Origin: Proteromonas lacertae
Lineage: Eukaryota
Assembly: GCA_002245135.1 (NCBI GenBank)
Contig: NGBS01000292.1
Span: 372,001 to 436,000, forward strand
Length of the DNA: 64,000 nucleotides
Direction of reading: 5' to 3'
Position numbers and translations under genes: made by a program
The notes under the pieces: generated by a model
The model's database searches: none
Told to the model about the DNA's origin: nothing
What the model saw: only the letters and a program-made list of their open reading frames with translations
Part shown: positions 12,300 to 27,200 of the stretch, piece after piece
Position numbering within the stretch: position 1 is the stretch's first letter
How the letters are laid out: the number at the start of each line of letters is the position of its first letter

Positions 12300-15200
12300 T
12301 TAATGTTTATTTACCCTTTTCCACGGCTTTGAGAATTTTAGAGGTCCATGAACATAGTTATACAAATGCCCTACGTTATTTGTCCTTCTATATTTTTTAT
12401 CAAGTGGTCCTTCATCGTATTCTTCGATGAGTTTATCTTTAATCAACTTATCAAACAGATCTTCAACCTTTATACTACCTCCTTCACTACACAGACCATT
12501 AAAACTCAACATATCTTTAATAGTCTCAAATGAAAGATTTTTTGATTCTAGAATATGAAGTATTTCAGAGTATAGACATTGCTCCTTTTGTTTGTTAGAT
12601 ACATCTTTCATATAATCAGTATATGCATCTGTATAGTTATCATCTATTATAATAAACAAATAAATAATTATAAATATACACTCTTTTGTTAAAATCTTAC
12701 TTCCTGGAACAACCCATGTTGTTTGAACTTTTGAAGCTGTAATTTCTATGAATATATAATAATAATAATAATATATACTTTTGCCATTTGTTATCAAAGA
12801 ATAAGGAGTAAAATGAAAACTCTTGTTTAATGGAGTTAATGATTTCTTTTCTGCCTTATTAAAAGCATCAATACACTTTTCTCTAAGTGTTATATAGGAA
12901 TCTAATATCTTGATGTATGTCTTATTATTTGATTTACTTTTACCACCGGTTGTACTGGAGATGATGTGATTATTGAGTTTCTTCTGAATATCTTCTTCAG
13001 TTTCCTAATAAAAGATTAAAAAAAAACATATATATAAAATAAAAATAAACAGTAATAATATCAAGATATAAATATAATACATACTTCTGCTGCTGAACAA
13101 GTCATTATCAATTTATCACCTTTATTCAAACTACAATACCATTTCTCAGGTAATGATTCAGTCTTTACACCTGGTGGTAATAATCTCCATTTCTTACACA
13201 AATCACATTCAATCCATGCACATTTACTTGGCAATCTTTGTTTATTGATTTTCTTTTTATTCTTATTGATTTGAGTTGGATCTTCTTGTTCTACATAACA
13301 ATTAGCGAATTTTGGAAACCAAGTATTATTTTCACAAGTCCAAGTTGTTCCTAAACTGTCTAAATCTACAGATTTGGGGATTCTTCGCCATTTACGACAT
13401 TCTTTTCTACAGCATCTTATCCATTGATAATCATCAGCTCCTAATTTTGGCTTTGTTTCATTGGCTGTTTTTTTCTTTTGTTGTAATTTCTATAATAATA
13501 ATAATAATAATAAATATATTTTATACTTTTCTTGGTGTATATGAATCTGAATCACTATCTTTATCAGGAGTTGCACTTATATTATTATTACCAGAATTAG
13601 GAGCAGATGCTATAGTTGAATAGGATATATCATTTGGTAGAGTAAGTCCATTAACATTATTATTCATTGTAGCAGCAGCTGACAATGATAATGCAGATGT
13701 AACAGGTAAATTAACATTCACTAATCCTGTAGGTGAAGCTGATAATGACGATGAAGCAGTCATATCTCCATTTTGAATCACCATACTATCAGCATTTGTT
13801 ACTGGTAATACAATAGCTGGTATTGGAGCTTGATCTTCAGGTTTGTCACAGTTTGCTAGTGATGGATCAAGCCAAGTCATCATATTACATTCCCATTTAC
13901 ATTTTTCATCCACTGAATAACCAGTTGGCACTATTCTCCATTTATGACACTTTTCACATTCTATCCAATTCACTACTTCAGCAACTACTGCTGTTGTAGC
14001 AGCTGCTGTAGTTGTTGCTGTTTCTTCTGCTGTTACTATTGGTTGTTGCATTTGTTGTTGTTGCAATAATACATCATTTACTGGAAGTGTAACATTCTCT
14101 GTTTCAACAACTGTATTTGAATTAACAATTGGAACATCAGTAAGTTGTTGTTGTTGTTGTTGTTGCTGTTGCTGATGTTTATCTATATCTTTATCCTTAT
14201 CTTTCTCTTTATAACTATTTCTAGTTGGATGAAATCTCTTTGTGGATGATCTTCGATATTTTCTTTTATATTTCCTTGTGCCATTTGCTTCATCTTCACT
14301 TATTTCACTATCACTAGTATCTTCGTCTGCTTCACTGTCTGAATTGTAATCTTTTCTTTTCTCTTATATCCTCCTCTTCTACCTGTTCCTGAACTACTAT
14401 TACCACTATTTGTTGTTGTTACTATTGTTTGACTTGTTGTTGTTGTTGTTGTTGTTGGCGGTGGTGGTGGTGTACTTTGGACAGGTGTTGAATGTACAGT
14501 TGCTGATTCTAGTTCTTCATTTGATTGTTTTTCATTTTTTGTTTCTATTTCCTTATTACTATTATCTTCTTCTTCTTTTTCTTCTAACATTGTATTAGTT
14601 TTATCATTTTTATTTTCTTCTTCTTCTTCTTTTTGCTTGGCTTTTGCCTTCTCTTTCTCCTCTTTTTCTTTTTGCTGTTGTTTTAATAATTCTTCTTGAT
14701 ACTCTTCTTTTAACTGTGGTTGAATAAACGTAATACTTTCTATTTTCTTTTCTTTTTCTTTCTCTTTCTCTCTTTCCATTTCTTTTTGTTTTTCCTTCAC
14801 TTTCTCCTTTTCTCTCTCTTTCTCTTCTTCATTTACTTTTTCTATTTTCTCTTTTTTTACTTCAACAGATGATGAAACACCGCTTTGAGGAGGGAATATC
14901 AATTTCTTTACATTTCTGCTGTTATTATTATTATCTATCTCAGAATCATCATCATTTGTTATTTTACTGATTTTATAGGGTTGAATATCTTCAGAATCTT
15001 GTTGTTTTTGTTGTTGTTCTAGTAGTTGTTGCTGTTGTTGTAATTGCAATTGTTGATAATAACTTTTTGGCTTTCTCCCCCTCTTTTTGGGCTATATATA
15101 AATAATATATATATATATATATATAATACTTCTGGTTTTAATTCATTATTTTCTTTACTATTACTATTTGATTTGTTATTTACAGTTGCATTATTATTTG

Positions 15201-16038
15201 ATGATTCTTCATTTTCTTCTTTCACTTTTGCCTCATTTTCAGCTTTCTCTTTTACTGTTAAATGTTTTGGACATCTATAATCTAAATAAACTTGTTTATA
15301 CATATATCTCATTTTCATTATTTCTTTCCAACCTTCTGGTAAATGTATTCGATGATAAGCTGTTGGACATTTTATACATCTCACTATTGGTCTTGGTTTT
15401 GAAGCTTCTTTATTACATGCTAAACATATATGCAGCTATAAATACAAATAAAATAAAACAATAATACACAACAATAGAATGGGTTTTCTTTTGATTGAAT
15501 GTTTTTCATATTTTTTATACAATCTATGCAATATGCTTTACCGCAATCTTCTTTCTCACATCTTTTCAATTCAACAGGTTTTGATCCTAACAAGCCTTCT
15601 TTTCCACAATTAAAACAAATACTCTATAATTGTGTAATAAAAAATATCATATACTCTCTTATTCTTACAATCATCGCATATCCAACTATCATATTCTTCA
15701 TCTTCACCCAAACCAAGGCATTTAGAATGAAACACTCTACAACAACCACCTACAAGATATATTAATTGATTATTATACCTCTACAACATCGTAAACTATC
15801 TTTCTTATCAATAACTTCTTTTTCACAGATAGAACATATATAATCTCTCTAACAATTAAATTACTACTTATACTAATTTGTGACGATCGCTACGATAATC
15901 TTCATCATCATCTTCATGACTATGACTTCTTCTTGATGGTACTTCAGGAAATAACTCATCATCACTCACATGAGAATCAGAATCCTTCCCACCTTGTTCA
16001 TTTCGACTTGCTATTATTACACATCTAAGAGTAGTCAT
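12300..16038 (-). CDS. Chromatin reader with N-terminal PHD fingers and several CW-type zinc fingers
   Basis: RCIKCPTAYH...YRCPKH and other Cys/His-rich exons at 15.2-15.9 kb; VNWIECEKCHKWRIVP..WECNM and HAWIECDLCKKWRLLP..WYCSLN. Confidence 0.75.
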
Positions 16039-16114
16039 TTTTTGTAACTACTATTTTGATGAGAATTTTGGATTAAAGTTTGATTTTGGTTTGACTTATT
16101 TTTTTTGAATTTCG

Positions 16115-16530
16115 ATGAATAACGTACCTGATAGAATAAATTTAGTGGTCTTGCCACCTGACACACCCAAGTATATTTTATTATTGATATATGAGTGTAT
16201 TAGGATCAGAGAGATACCTGACGAGAAATTGAAGAATGCTTCAACTTTTATAATAGAAAGAGAAGATCATACCCTTGGTAATTTACTCAGAATGTATTTA
16301 ATCTTTTGATATTAACAACAAATAGGAAATTAATTAATAAAGAAGGAGTTCGTTTTGCTGGTTATAGAATTCCACATCCATTATGTTACTATATTGAATT
16401 AAAAGTTCAATCAGATGATTTACACAGAACACCTCGTCAAACAGTAATTACTGCTTGCAATGAGTTACAGATTGAATTTTCAAATATAAAACAAATGTTT
16501 TCACAAAAATATAATAGTTTTAATAGATAA
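16115..16530 (+). CDS. RPB11: RNA polymerase II subunit RPB11
   Basis: MNNVPDR, NASTFIIEREDHTLGNLLR, VRFAGYRIPHPL; introns 16171-16203 and about 16294-16325. Confidence 0.95.
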
Positions 16531-16603
16531 AGAGAACATATATTTATTCTTTGTTGCTTTATATCTTTTGTATCATTCATAAATGAATTAAGATAGCAAA
16601 ATG

Positions 16604-18845
16604 AATATATTGTTAATACTTAAAAGTGATTGATTTGATGTATTTTATTGATTTTACATAGAAACTTAAAATGACATGTAAATTGACATTTTGACATTTC
16701 AAATTCATTTTAACATATGAAGGTGATAAAGAGTTCAATTTGTGATATTGGGTATTAAATTATTTTCTATTATTATTTTGATGAGTATAGGTTATGTAGA
16801 GAGATGGTTTCAAAAGGATTGAGTGATTTAAAAGTGTTAATTGGTGAAGAAACAATAGAGAGTATGAGATGTATATTGATTAATGGAAATGAGACATTTC
16901 AAAAGTTATTAGAAGATGAACAATTTGAAGGAGTGTTAGTTTTATGTGAAGGAAGTAGTGTAGAATGATTTATAGAGATGGAGAAGTTTTACAGTGGTGG
17001 ATGTATGGAATTATTAAATGAAAATGTAATAAATGTTTTATTGATGAGTATTTACTACAATGATAGTGAAATAATGAAATATTGTGTGAAGTATATAAAA
17101 AGTCATTTATATGATGAAATGATATTGAAGATATTGGATTTATATGATTTATTTAAGAAAGAAGAGATTAATGAATTAATCAAGATAAGTGAAGAATACT
17201 TGAAAGAAAATAGTTATAAGTACTTAAATAATGGTATATATATATATATATATATATATATGTAATTATCTAATTGTATAGAAGAATTATTATATAAGTT
17301 GAGAATAGAAAATTTGAAGATGATATTAGAAAGTGAAAAACTGATAATAAAAAATGAGAATTGATTATTGAAAGTATTAATGAGATGGTATAGAAATGAA
17401 GAGAAGAAGATTGAAAAAGAAGAAAAGAAAGAATTAGATGAAGAATTTAAAAGAATATTATTAAAATCAATTCATCTAGAAAATGTGGAATTAGATGAGC
17501 TAGAACCTTCCATTTTAAATGAATTGAAAACAATAGATATGAATGATTATTTAATGGAAATGAAAAACAGAATAAATCCAATATGTTTGAATAATGAAGA
17601 AATGAAAGATGAAAGAATAGAAGAAATCATAGTAAAATATTACAAAAGTGAAGATGATAATATCAAAGAAGAAGATTTAATTGTATTGATTAATGAGAAT
17701 ACAATCTCAATGCTATTGAATAATAAAGATATAAGAATGAAAGAAATTGGTTTATTAATAATGATAGATAGTGGAATTGGATTGAAAGACATGAAAATCT
17801 CAAGTAAAACAAAAAGAAATATATTATGTGAATTGATAAATGAATATAAAAGTAAAGAAAATAATCGAATAATAAAATGTTTATGTTTGTTTATAAATGA
17901 AGAGAAGAACTTATTAACAATAGAGAATCTGTTAGGCAAGAAGATATTATATGATTTATTGAATAATGATAATTTTTATTCAAATGAATCTAAGAAAATA
18001 TTAATAAACTATATAAATGAGATTGCAGATGATGATGATGATGATGAAATATCAGAAATAAAAAGAAATGATGAAATATTAAACAAATTAACAAAAGAAA
18101 TCACCTCATTTTCATATCCTCAATCAAAATATTCATTTATGGTAAATGATGAAATCTCAATAATTCCAACATTTGATGGAGATAAATGTGAATTTTCAAT
18201 AAATCCATCTTTACCTGATGGTTTAATGATAGATAAAGAAAGTGGAATAATTCATGGAAGAGTAGAACAGCCAATGAAAGGGGATAATTATGAAATTACC
18301 TGTAAAAATATTCTAAGTGAAAAGAAATTTAAAATCTCATTGAAAGTAACACAAATACAATTTAATAGTTCTAACAAAAGTAGAGATATAAAAATATCCA
18401 AAAAAGGAAAGAAAATTACAAACACAGATAATTACAACAATTAATGTTATTTGAATTTGAAAATGGAAAATGGAGTTTATCATATCAAATATAAATATCA
18501 TCGAAATAAAAGTGTAGATGATGAAATGTATTTAGGATTATCAACTAATAATACATATTCTGGATATGATATTTATGATAAATCAGCAACATGTAATTAT
18601 TATGCAATTTGTAGTGAAAGTAGAGATATTACATCATTATGTCATATTGGAAGAGTTGTTAATAAAAATCCAAATTTCATTAATCATGGAGATGGTTCAA
18701 TTTATGAAGTGATTGTTGATATGAATAAAAGAGAATTTTGGATAAGTCATAATAATTCATCTCCTGTTTTACTTGTTAAAGATTTACCTTCTCCATTATA
18801 TCCATATGCTGCAATATATAGTCAAAACACTTCAGGTGAATTATT
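16604..18845 (+). repeat. Segmental duplicate, inverted copy of 33068-35330
   Basis: Direct comparison shows near identity over the upstream region, introns and 5' coding region, with divergent patches after about 18020. Confidence 0.95.
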
Positions 18846-18849
18846 GTAA
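16717..18849 (+). pseudogene. BTB/POZ-BACK-helical-putative Ig (He_PIG-like)-SPRY-like gene, copy 1, disrupted
   Basis: BTB: SDLKVLIGEETIESMRCIL..ENVINVLLMSIYY. BACK: LKMILESEKLIIKNE. Ig: LPDGLMIDKESGIIHG. SPRY-like: EVIVDMNKREFW..PLYPYAAI. In-frame stops TGA 16966, TGA 17362, TAA 18442. Confidence 0.75.
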
Positions 18850-18936
18850 GTATCTTAACAAAACAAATAACATTAATTTATAAAATATTTTTTTTATATT
18901 TTTTACACAATCCATATATACAATATTAAAAAAATA

Positions 18937-21900
18937 TTAATAAATAAACTTTAAGAAAAATAAGAATATTGAACTACATAGGCTAAAACAGCCTTTCAAA
19001 AAACAAACAATAGGTTGACTTACTATACAACTCAAAGCCATTGATTGTAATGCATATAAACTCCAACTAATACTTTCAGATTTTGTGTAATTTGGTCCAT
19101 ATAATAATATTAAATAAATTGAAACTACACTCCATAATCCACATATTGTATATAATGAATATAACATTCCTTTTTCTTTCACTACTTCCATTATTCCATT
19201 CTCTAAATACATCAGCTCTTTCATGTCTCCATTTTCTTATTAAGAATTTCATTCTTTCTTGAATCATTCGAATATATTGATAATCTCTTGGAGTATATGA
19301 TTTGATAATTGCTCTCATTGGAATAATCAACTTTGATCTTTTTGGAGCTATAATAATAATAATAATAATAATATATACAAGCAAACAATCTAATTGAATG
19401 GTAAATACAAAATGTTGATATAAAAGTAGTCGCAATCAAGAAACTAGACATAAATACCCATTCTTTCATATAACTTGCTAATTGATTTGAACATTCTACA
19501 GAACCACTACAATCGAACATCTTTTCAATTCCTGGAATTAAGAAATTAAACATTCCATTATCAATAATCTTATATATTGATTCAATTGAACTTGGAAGAA
19601 ATGATAACAACAACCAAATCACTGAAAATGCTAAAGAACTAGCAAAATATAAGAAAGCAAAAATTAAACTAAAGAATTCAAGAAATTTATTATCCGATAA
19701 ACTGAATAAGCATCCAACACCAGCAAATATACTTGAAAATAAGCTGACTACAAATATTGTAATACCTAAACCACTGAATTTTAATGCACAAAACATACTA
19801 ACAGCAAATATCAAATATATTAAACTAAGAGTAATATATAAACCGCTAGACCAATATCTCCATTTATTCTTATCAAGTAATAACTCATAATTAGATAGTT
19901 GATTTCTGGCTATAGTTTTATCATCCTGCTCTTTTTTGCTCTTTTTTGTTGGAGAGGATGATTCTATATCATGTTTAGTTTTTTCATAATATTCTCTAGT
20001 TTTATCAGATGGTTTAATTCTTTTCATTTTAGGTTGAGATAATTGATTTGCATATTCAAATCCATAAGGCATTATATATAATATTGGAATAGTGATTAAG
20101 TTAGACAATATCATTACACCAATATACTGAGAAATAGTATTTGGATTATGTCCAAAATAACTTGAACGAAATGCTAAATCAGTAAAGATATTAGCAAATA
20201 AAATAATCAATCTTTGCGTTTTACTAATAGTTAATAATGATTCTAATGAGGAGTTAAACACTGCAATGTAAGAATGGTAATTTGCTAATGTATCAATATA
20301 TACACGTTTAAATGTTGGCATTGTTTTATATTCATTACTTACTAAATTTCCAGTTAATACGAATTTCTTTATTCGATATTCTGTCAAAGCAGCTTGAATT
20401 TTCCTTTGACTTTTCCTTGTAAAATACATCCAAATTACAAATATAATTAGTAATGCTAATATAATTCCAATAACTAAGAAATTCTCAGATTCATATTGGA
20501 ATATAGTGGGGAAATCTAATATTGGATTAACATCTCTGATCTCAGGTAAAAACCCCATTAAAACCCCTGTAAAATCAGTTAAATGGGATGAAGCACAATG
20601 TAATAAGTATAAATTACTATTTATCATTTCATACCCTGTTGTAATTATTCCATCATATTTCATTTCATTTGTTACTTTATCATAATAATAACATAATGGA
20701 AATGAAGTTAGGTTATCCAATATATGGATAGGAATAGAAAAATAAATAAAATCATCATTATTTTGTCTTTTAAACTGTATATCTTCACATTTATCGTTAT
20801 TCAATAAGTTTAACGAATAAATGGAATTATCAACATAATCAATATTATTTTTAATAAATAATGATTGATATATATTATTATATTTCCATTCTGTTATTTG
20901 TGCATTTAAATAATAATTATTACTTCCATATGAATGATCTTTATTTAATGGTATTTTCATCTTTACATATTCATTATCATTTATTACTCTATTATCACTA
21001 TTATCAGTGGTTAAAATGGTAGTTGAATAACTTAAACCAGTTATATTGATATTATATATATCTTTATATAATAAAGAGTGACTGATTTCACATCCTATTG
21101 ATTGAATCATTTTCATTATTTCATTTACCATCTTATAAGTATTGATATTATTATTATTATCTATTTGTTTTAATTGTCTCCTTCTCCTTATTGTTTCTCG
21201 TTTTTCTATTCCGTTGATTATATCTCTGAATGTAGAGAATAAAGGAATTGATATTTCTTCTTTATCTTCAATATTGAAATGATTTACTATTTCTTTACTA
21301 CCACTGATTATATTGCATATTATATCATTACTGTTATTGTTTGTATAGTTATCGATAACTGGTAATATTTCGTTTATATATTTCATCATTGTTGAATAAG
21401 TATAAGCTAATACAGCTTGGCTTGATTCGACTAATTGATTCAAATTGTGGATTAATTGTTGAATTAAGTCTTTGTACTATAATTGTAATATTTTCACTTT
21501 CTTCCTATTGTAAATTTACATGATTCACCTGTATATCCTTCATCACATTCACAATAGGAATAACAACTTGGGTCATACAATGAACAGTTGTTAGATGTAT
21601 AATAACATTCTCCATGATTATTACAGTCATATTGTATTCCATCTATTAATATTTCACCTGGACAGGACTTTAATACCAATTCTTCTTCATTGTCTTTATT
21701 ATCTACAACATAATCATCATTATTAACATTAATCTCAGGTACAACAACACCATTGTTGTTGTTATTATTGTTCTTATTCTCATCTACACAATTTATATCT
21801 AATACAAAATCACTGTAATAATTAAATGATGACAAAGCTTGAACTGGGCTTGAATAATCTGAAAATGGATTTTCTATAAATTCTTTCTTCAAATCACTCC

Positions 21901-24831
21901 TACTTGAATTATTATTATTATTATTATTATTACTGCTTATATAATAATAATCAACAGATCTACTAATACCATCAGTTACAATTAACTTCCAATTTCCACT
22001 CATTATTATCATTTATTAAAGGTAAATCAATTTGATAGGTAGATTGACAATTACTCAATCCATATAATATTTTACTTTCTATTATATTGGATAGTAACTT
22101 AATCTGGCATAATAAATTAGAATATCCAACTTTACAGGTATAATTATTATAACTATTATAAACACAAGTTAATATTGCAATTGGAGGAATATTGGTAATA
22201 AAATAGACAGATTCTATAGCAGAATAATTGAATCTAATAACATTTACTTCATATTTATATGTATGATTTGGTAGTAAATTACCCAATAATAATGACTTTT
22301 GACTATCTCCATTCTTCATTATCGGATTAATAGGTGAATCAGTATCTATTAATTTCCATTTGTATTGTATATTATCATTGAATTTAGTGATTATTGTATT
22401 GATTTCTAAGTCACTGTTTGGATCAACTTTATCATAACCTTTCTTTGTTATTGGTGGAATTCTTACTTCAGGAATTTCTTCTTTATAAATATATATACTG
22501 ACAGTCTTTGATGCTGTTATACTATCTTTTATAGTTACTTTTAATGTAATTGATATATTTATATTAGAAGTGAATGTATATGGTGGAATTTCTAGTATTG
22601 AAGAATGAGGAAATATTACAATATCATTTGATATATTATAATCATTATTCATTTTCCAATCAAATATCATTTCTTTATTCAATGTATTAGTTGTTTTAGA
22701 AGCATCTAATTTAATTGTACTTGATATATGAAAGTTACTTGTTACTAATTTAATAATAATTTCATTATATTCAATCATCGCTGTAATTGATTTATCACTA
22801 CATATTTCATTAAACATACACACTTGTAGATTAATCATATAGGAAATATTCTTATTAAAATAAGTAGTTGAAGGAATTAATAATGTTGATTCATTCATTG
22901 TCACATTATTATTCATTATTTCTGGAAGTATATTCCATTTATAAGTAACTATATTGCTATTATTATTATTATTATTATCTAAATCCAATAAACATGATGG
23001 ATTGATCATTATCACTGGTTCTAGTAGTAGTTTATTGTTAATGAACATATAAGTTGTTTGGGGGAAGATGATAGTTGGTTTATAATAGAATGGAGTTGTT
23101 ATATTGATTCTATCACTATATAAGACATTATTATTATCACTTATAAATAACAATTCTATTTCATATGTATGATTATATTTCCATAATGTATATGGTATTG
23201 TTAAAACTGTAGTGTTGATTTGATTATTTATATAATCATTCAATTCAGTATTATTTCCACTATTTAATAACTTCCATTTAAACTCATAGCTGTTATTATT
23301 ATTATTATAACATATTTCACTATTGTTTGCATTAATAACAATATTATCTTCACATTCATTATTATTATTATTAATATGATATACATCAAATTCTATTCTT
23401 TTTCTTAATGTTAATTCCTGTGAATATGGACACAATATATGGCAATAACTCTTTATCATTACTCATTATAGACACATCAATAATAACATTCGTTACTTTA
23501 TCACGATTTTCTTCAAATATACTTCGATTAATTGTATATTTAAATATATCACTTCCATTGATGTTATTTGGTGTTATTATTGTGTTTATTAACTGTGGAG
23601 ACATGCCATTAGGTGCAGGAATTCTGCCAATTATTAGATTGATTCTATTATTATTATTATTATTATATAAATTATTGTAATATATTTCGATTATATAATT
23701 ATCGTGACATTGCTTTTGGGATGGAATAGAGTGTTGAATTTGACTGTTGTTTCTGATGGATTGTATGATTTTACTGTTGATTCATTATTGATTGTTATAT
23801 TGAAGATATACTGGTATTTAAATAAGAAATATTTTCTTGGAATTAATATTGGGAATGAAATTACACCATTATTTGAATAAATTACATCATTAATATCATT
23901 AACATATCTTGTTGATTGTGTTATTAGATTAATTGAAATATTTGAGTTGAATGGTAAGGATTTATCAACATTTATTATTAAATATTGATCCGTTTCATTT
24001 AAAAATGGAATACCATTGACATTTGTTGGTTGTACTGTTGTTGATATTTCTTCAGTGTATGTGTCTCTATCATCAATAGTAGCAGAATTATCATAAGATG
24101 TTGATTCTTCATTATTATTCATTAATAAACGAATTTCATCTACTGATATTGGGATATTTATTGTGAATCTATTCAAATTTGTATCAATTAGAGTATAATA
24201 AATAATAAATGACTTTTGCACAAATTTAATAGGAATAGATATCTCATTATGTGGATTCTGCTTGAGAATTTTACTAATTGATGGTAATGATGGTTTCATT
24301 GTGATATAAGGATTTGTTAAACCACTACATGGATGATTTGATATTATTGATATATCAACTGAAGTTGAAGTGTAAGATAATTTGTAAGATCCATCCAATA
24401 TATCACATTTCCTTATTAATTTGTGGACTTTAGACATATTTTGTTCGTTTTTACCTACTTTCAATTTCAGGGTGATGAACACTGAGGATGAGTGATAATT
24501 CTTTAACAAAGATGTGTCTAGTTTTGCTTCGTTCCATGACCATACTTTCATCATATTACTGCAAGACTTGTTGGCAGAATTAGCTTCTTCATATTCACAA
24601 AACCACTCAAACACAAAATTATCTTCGTTTACGGTTAGAGGGGGTATTAACAAAGCATCAAAAGTAATAATTTTAGTCGATTCTAACACGTTATTCCATC
24701 CAACGAAGTCAATGTCTTGAATTTTGGGTAGAGTCGACAATCTACATTCAGCTGAGGTGGAAAATATATCTAGTAATATAATAAATAATTATCATACAAC
24801 AAATTAGTAGGCTGTAATATACGATATTCAT
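18937..24831 (-). CDS. Polycystin-1-like surface receptor (signal peptide, REJ/PKD region, EGF, GPS/GAIN, multi-TM)
   Basis: IKLDASKT..FDWK (REJ), CNNHGEC..CECDEGYTGESC (EGF), LCYYYD..HCASSHLTDF (GPS), HSYIAVF..SKTQRLIILF and many hydrophobic helices; about five apparent +1 insertions split the frame. Confidence 0.75.
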
Positions 24832-24912
24832 TAAAAAAATTCAAAATAGAAATATGTCAGTTATAACATTTTTGGCATAATTTTTCAACACCCAAAATGA
24901 AATAGATTTTAA

Positions 24913-27077
24913 ATGGCTTCAATCGAACCAGATAGATATTTAAGTAGGAAAGAACTTGATGTATAACAGTATACATTATTTTCTTAATAGCTTGATGGAC
25001 TTCAATCTGATTTGGATCAATATCTAGATAACACTGGTGTGTATTCTCAAGTTTGGGATAAGATTCAAGAGTTTTATGATCATAAAAAGGTGCAGAATGC
25101 AATTGCACCAAAAATATTTGAGCAACTACAAACACAGAGAGTAGTAGGTGAAATGTTGGATTCACTTAATCAAAGAAGAGATTTATGTGATGGAATATCA
25201 CCAAGACCAAGAAGACCAGCATTACCTCCTACTTCTGATCAATGGTATTTAGGATTTAACGTATGTTTATGTGAATTATATTATGATATAGTTGTTACAA
25301 GCTAAAAATATTGGCTTAGAACTAATAAAAGAAGAAACTGATATTGACTCCGATTTTGAAGTTGAAATTTCAATTCACTATAATGACCATAGATTCTGTA
25401 GTAAACGTCTTCAATATACAAAAGAAATATCATTTTACGATACATTTATAATCCCACTACAATCTCCTACAGATACAGCCAAATGTCGTTTAGATGATTT
25501 ATTGAAATATACTCATCCAATATCAATGTCATTTGTTATATATCATCAAAATAAAAGATATATATATTCAATAGATGAAATTGAATGGAGAGCAGTATTA
25601 TATGAGTATATATATATAAATTGCATTTTTTATTTTATTTATTTTAGAGGTTTAGCTGAATATGAATTTTCTCTGAGTGGTAATTCATCTTTGAATAAAA
25701 TAGGTGATGATATAGGATCAGTTACATTTACAATATCACTATTACCCACTCCAAAGGAATTTCTACAACAAGATATAGTTGAATCTAATATAGAATATCA
25801 AGAAGAAATATTAAAAGAAAATGATAAAAAAGTATTTTATATTCTTATAATAATTATTGTTTATTTAGTTTTATATATATGCAAAATCATGGTGGAATCA
25901 ATTTCTCAGTATTGATCCTCAATTTAAAAAAAGATTCGTTAAATTATATGCTTTAAATGACAAAGGAATAAAGAAATGTGTTTGTACATATATCACTCCA
26001 ATATCAATTAGTAGATCAATAGAAAGTGCAAATCATGCATTAAGAACTGTCAGTTTATTACCACTAAAACCACAGCATGAAACTATTAATAATTATAATT
26101 ATGAAATGTGGAATAGTTTACACTCAATTATTGCAGCTAAATGTGGTGATTATCAAGATCATGTCTTACTGTTAGAATCATTATTATTAGGATTTGGATT
26201 GAAGGCTTATATCTGTAATGGTTTATCATTATATAAAGGTAAAACAAGAGAATACATGTGGATAATGACAATATCTACAGATGGAAGTGTAATATTTTAT
26301 GATGCAATAAATGGTAAGAAATATAAACATGAATATACTGAAAAACAATCAACAAAAGTGACTTATCCATTTACTAATATTGGAAGTATATTTAATGATA
26401 AAGAGTTTTATGCAAATATTCAGGTTTATGATGATGTTAAGATGGTGAGATTTGATATTAATAATCCACAGTATTGGTATCCATTAGATAGTAATCAAAT
26501 TCAAGCATTGAAACATGTTAATCGTATATATATATATATTATTTTTATTGTATAGCTGTTCCAATTGGCATTCCACAATTGAATATAATCGAAGAAGCAA
26601 CGTTAATAGAAAATGATATGAAAGAATTTATGAGATTATACAGGGATGAAAATCATGTATTTATATTATATATTATGTTTAAATAGCTACCAACTGTATT
26701 CAATGACAGATTATCCTCCTTATTAAGTCAAGCCTTGTCAAGCTATGAGATTGAGAAATTATACAACATTGAGATAGAAAATAATGATTTTAAGAATTGT
26801 TTGAGTTATAATATTCCTGAAGGTCCAGACATTTAAAGGTTTTCCAATGTGTTTTAATCATATAAATACTCAAGTAATGTTTAATTCTTTACTTCAAAAA
26901 GAACAATTCACAGATATATTAGATGTATATATATATATATATATATATATTATTTATTTATGATAGACTACTGGTAGTAATATTACATTTGGAGTTAGAT
27001 GTAAAGTATATGAATATATTGAGAATGTATTTGCTGTTTGGCTTATTATTGCTGTTCAATTTTATCCGCATACTTAA
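24913..27077 (+). CDS. CEP76: Centrosomal protein CEP76 homologue (C2 plus transglutaminase-like domain)
   Basis: GDYQDHVLLLESLLLGFGLKAYIC, FNDKEFYANIQ, IPEG(Q)TFKGFP, FGVRCKVYEYIENVFAVWLIIA; multiple short introns; one extra C near 26826. Confidence 0.85.
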
Positions 27078-27200
27078 CCGATAATCATTATAATTTATTG
27101 TAAAAATGTTTTGTTTTTCATTTTTAATAGAAAATAATAGATAAGCTTGATTACCTAGTTTGACTGATATTTAAAAATTTAAAATTATTGTTTGAAGAAA

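Noticed and set aside
16966..16968. Selenocysteine reading of the shared TGA, given the SECp43-like gene nearby
   Set aside because: The position is not a Cys or redox site in BTB domains, and no SECIS-like hairpin was recognised.
17362..17364. TGA aligned to TGG in the paralogue, suggesting TGA=Trp recoding
   Set aside because: TGG encodes Trp in all conserved genes, TGA terminates intact genes such as TrpRS, and this copy also has an in-frame TAA. A simple nonsense mutation fits.
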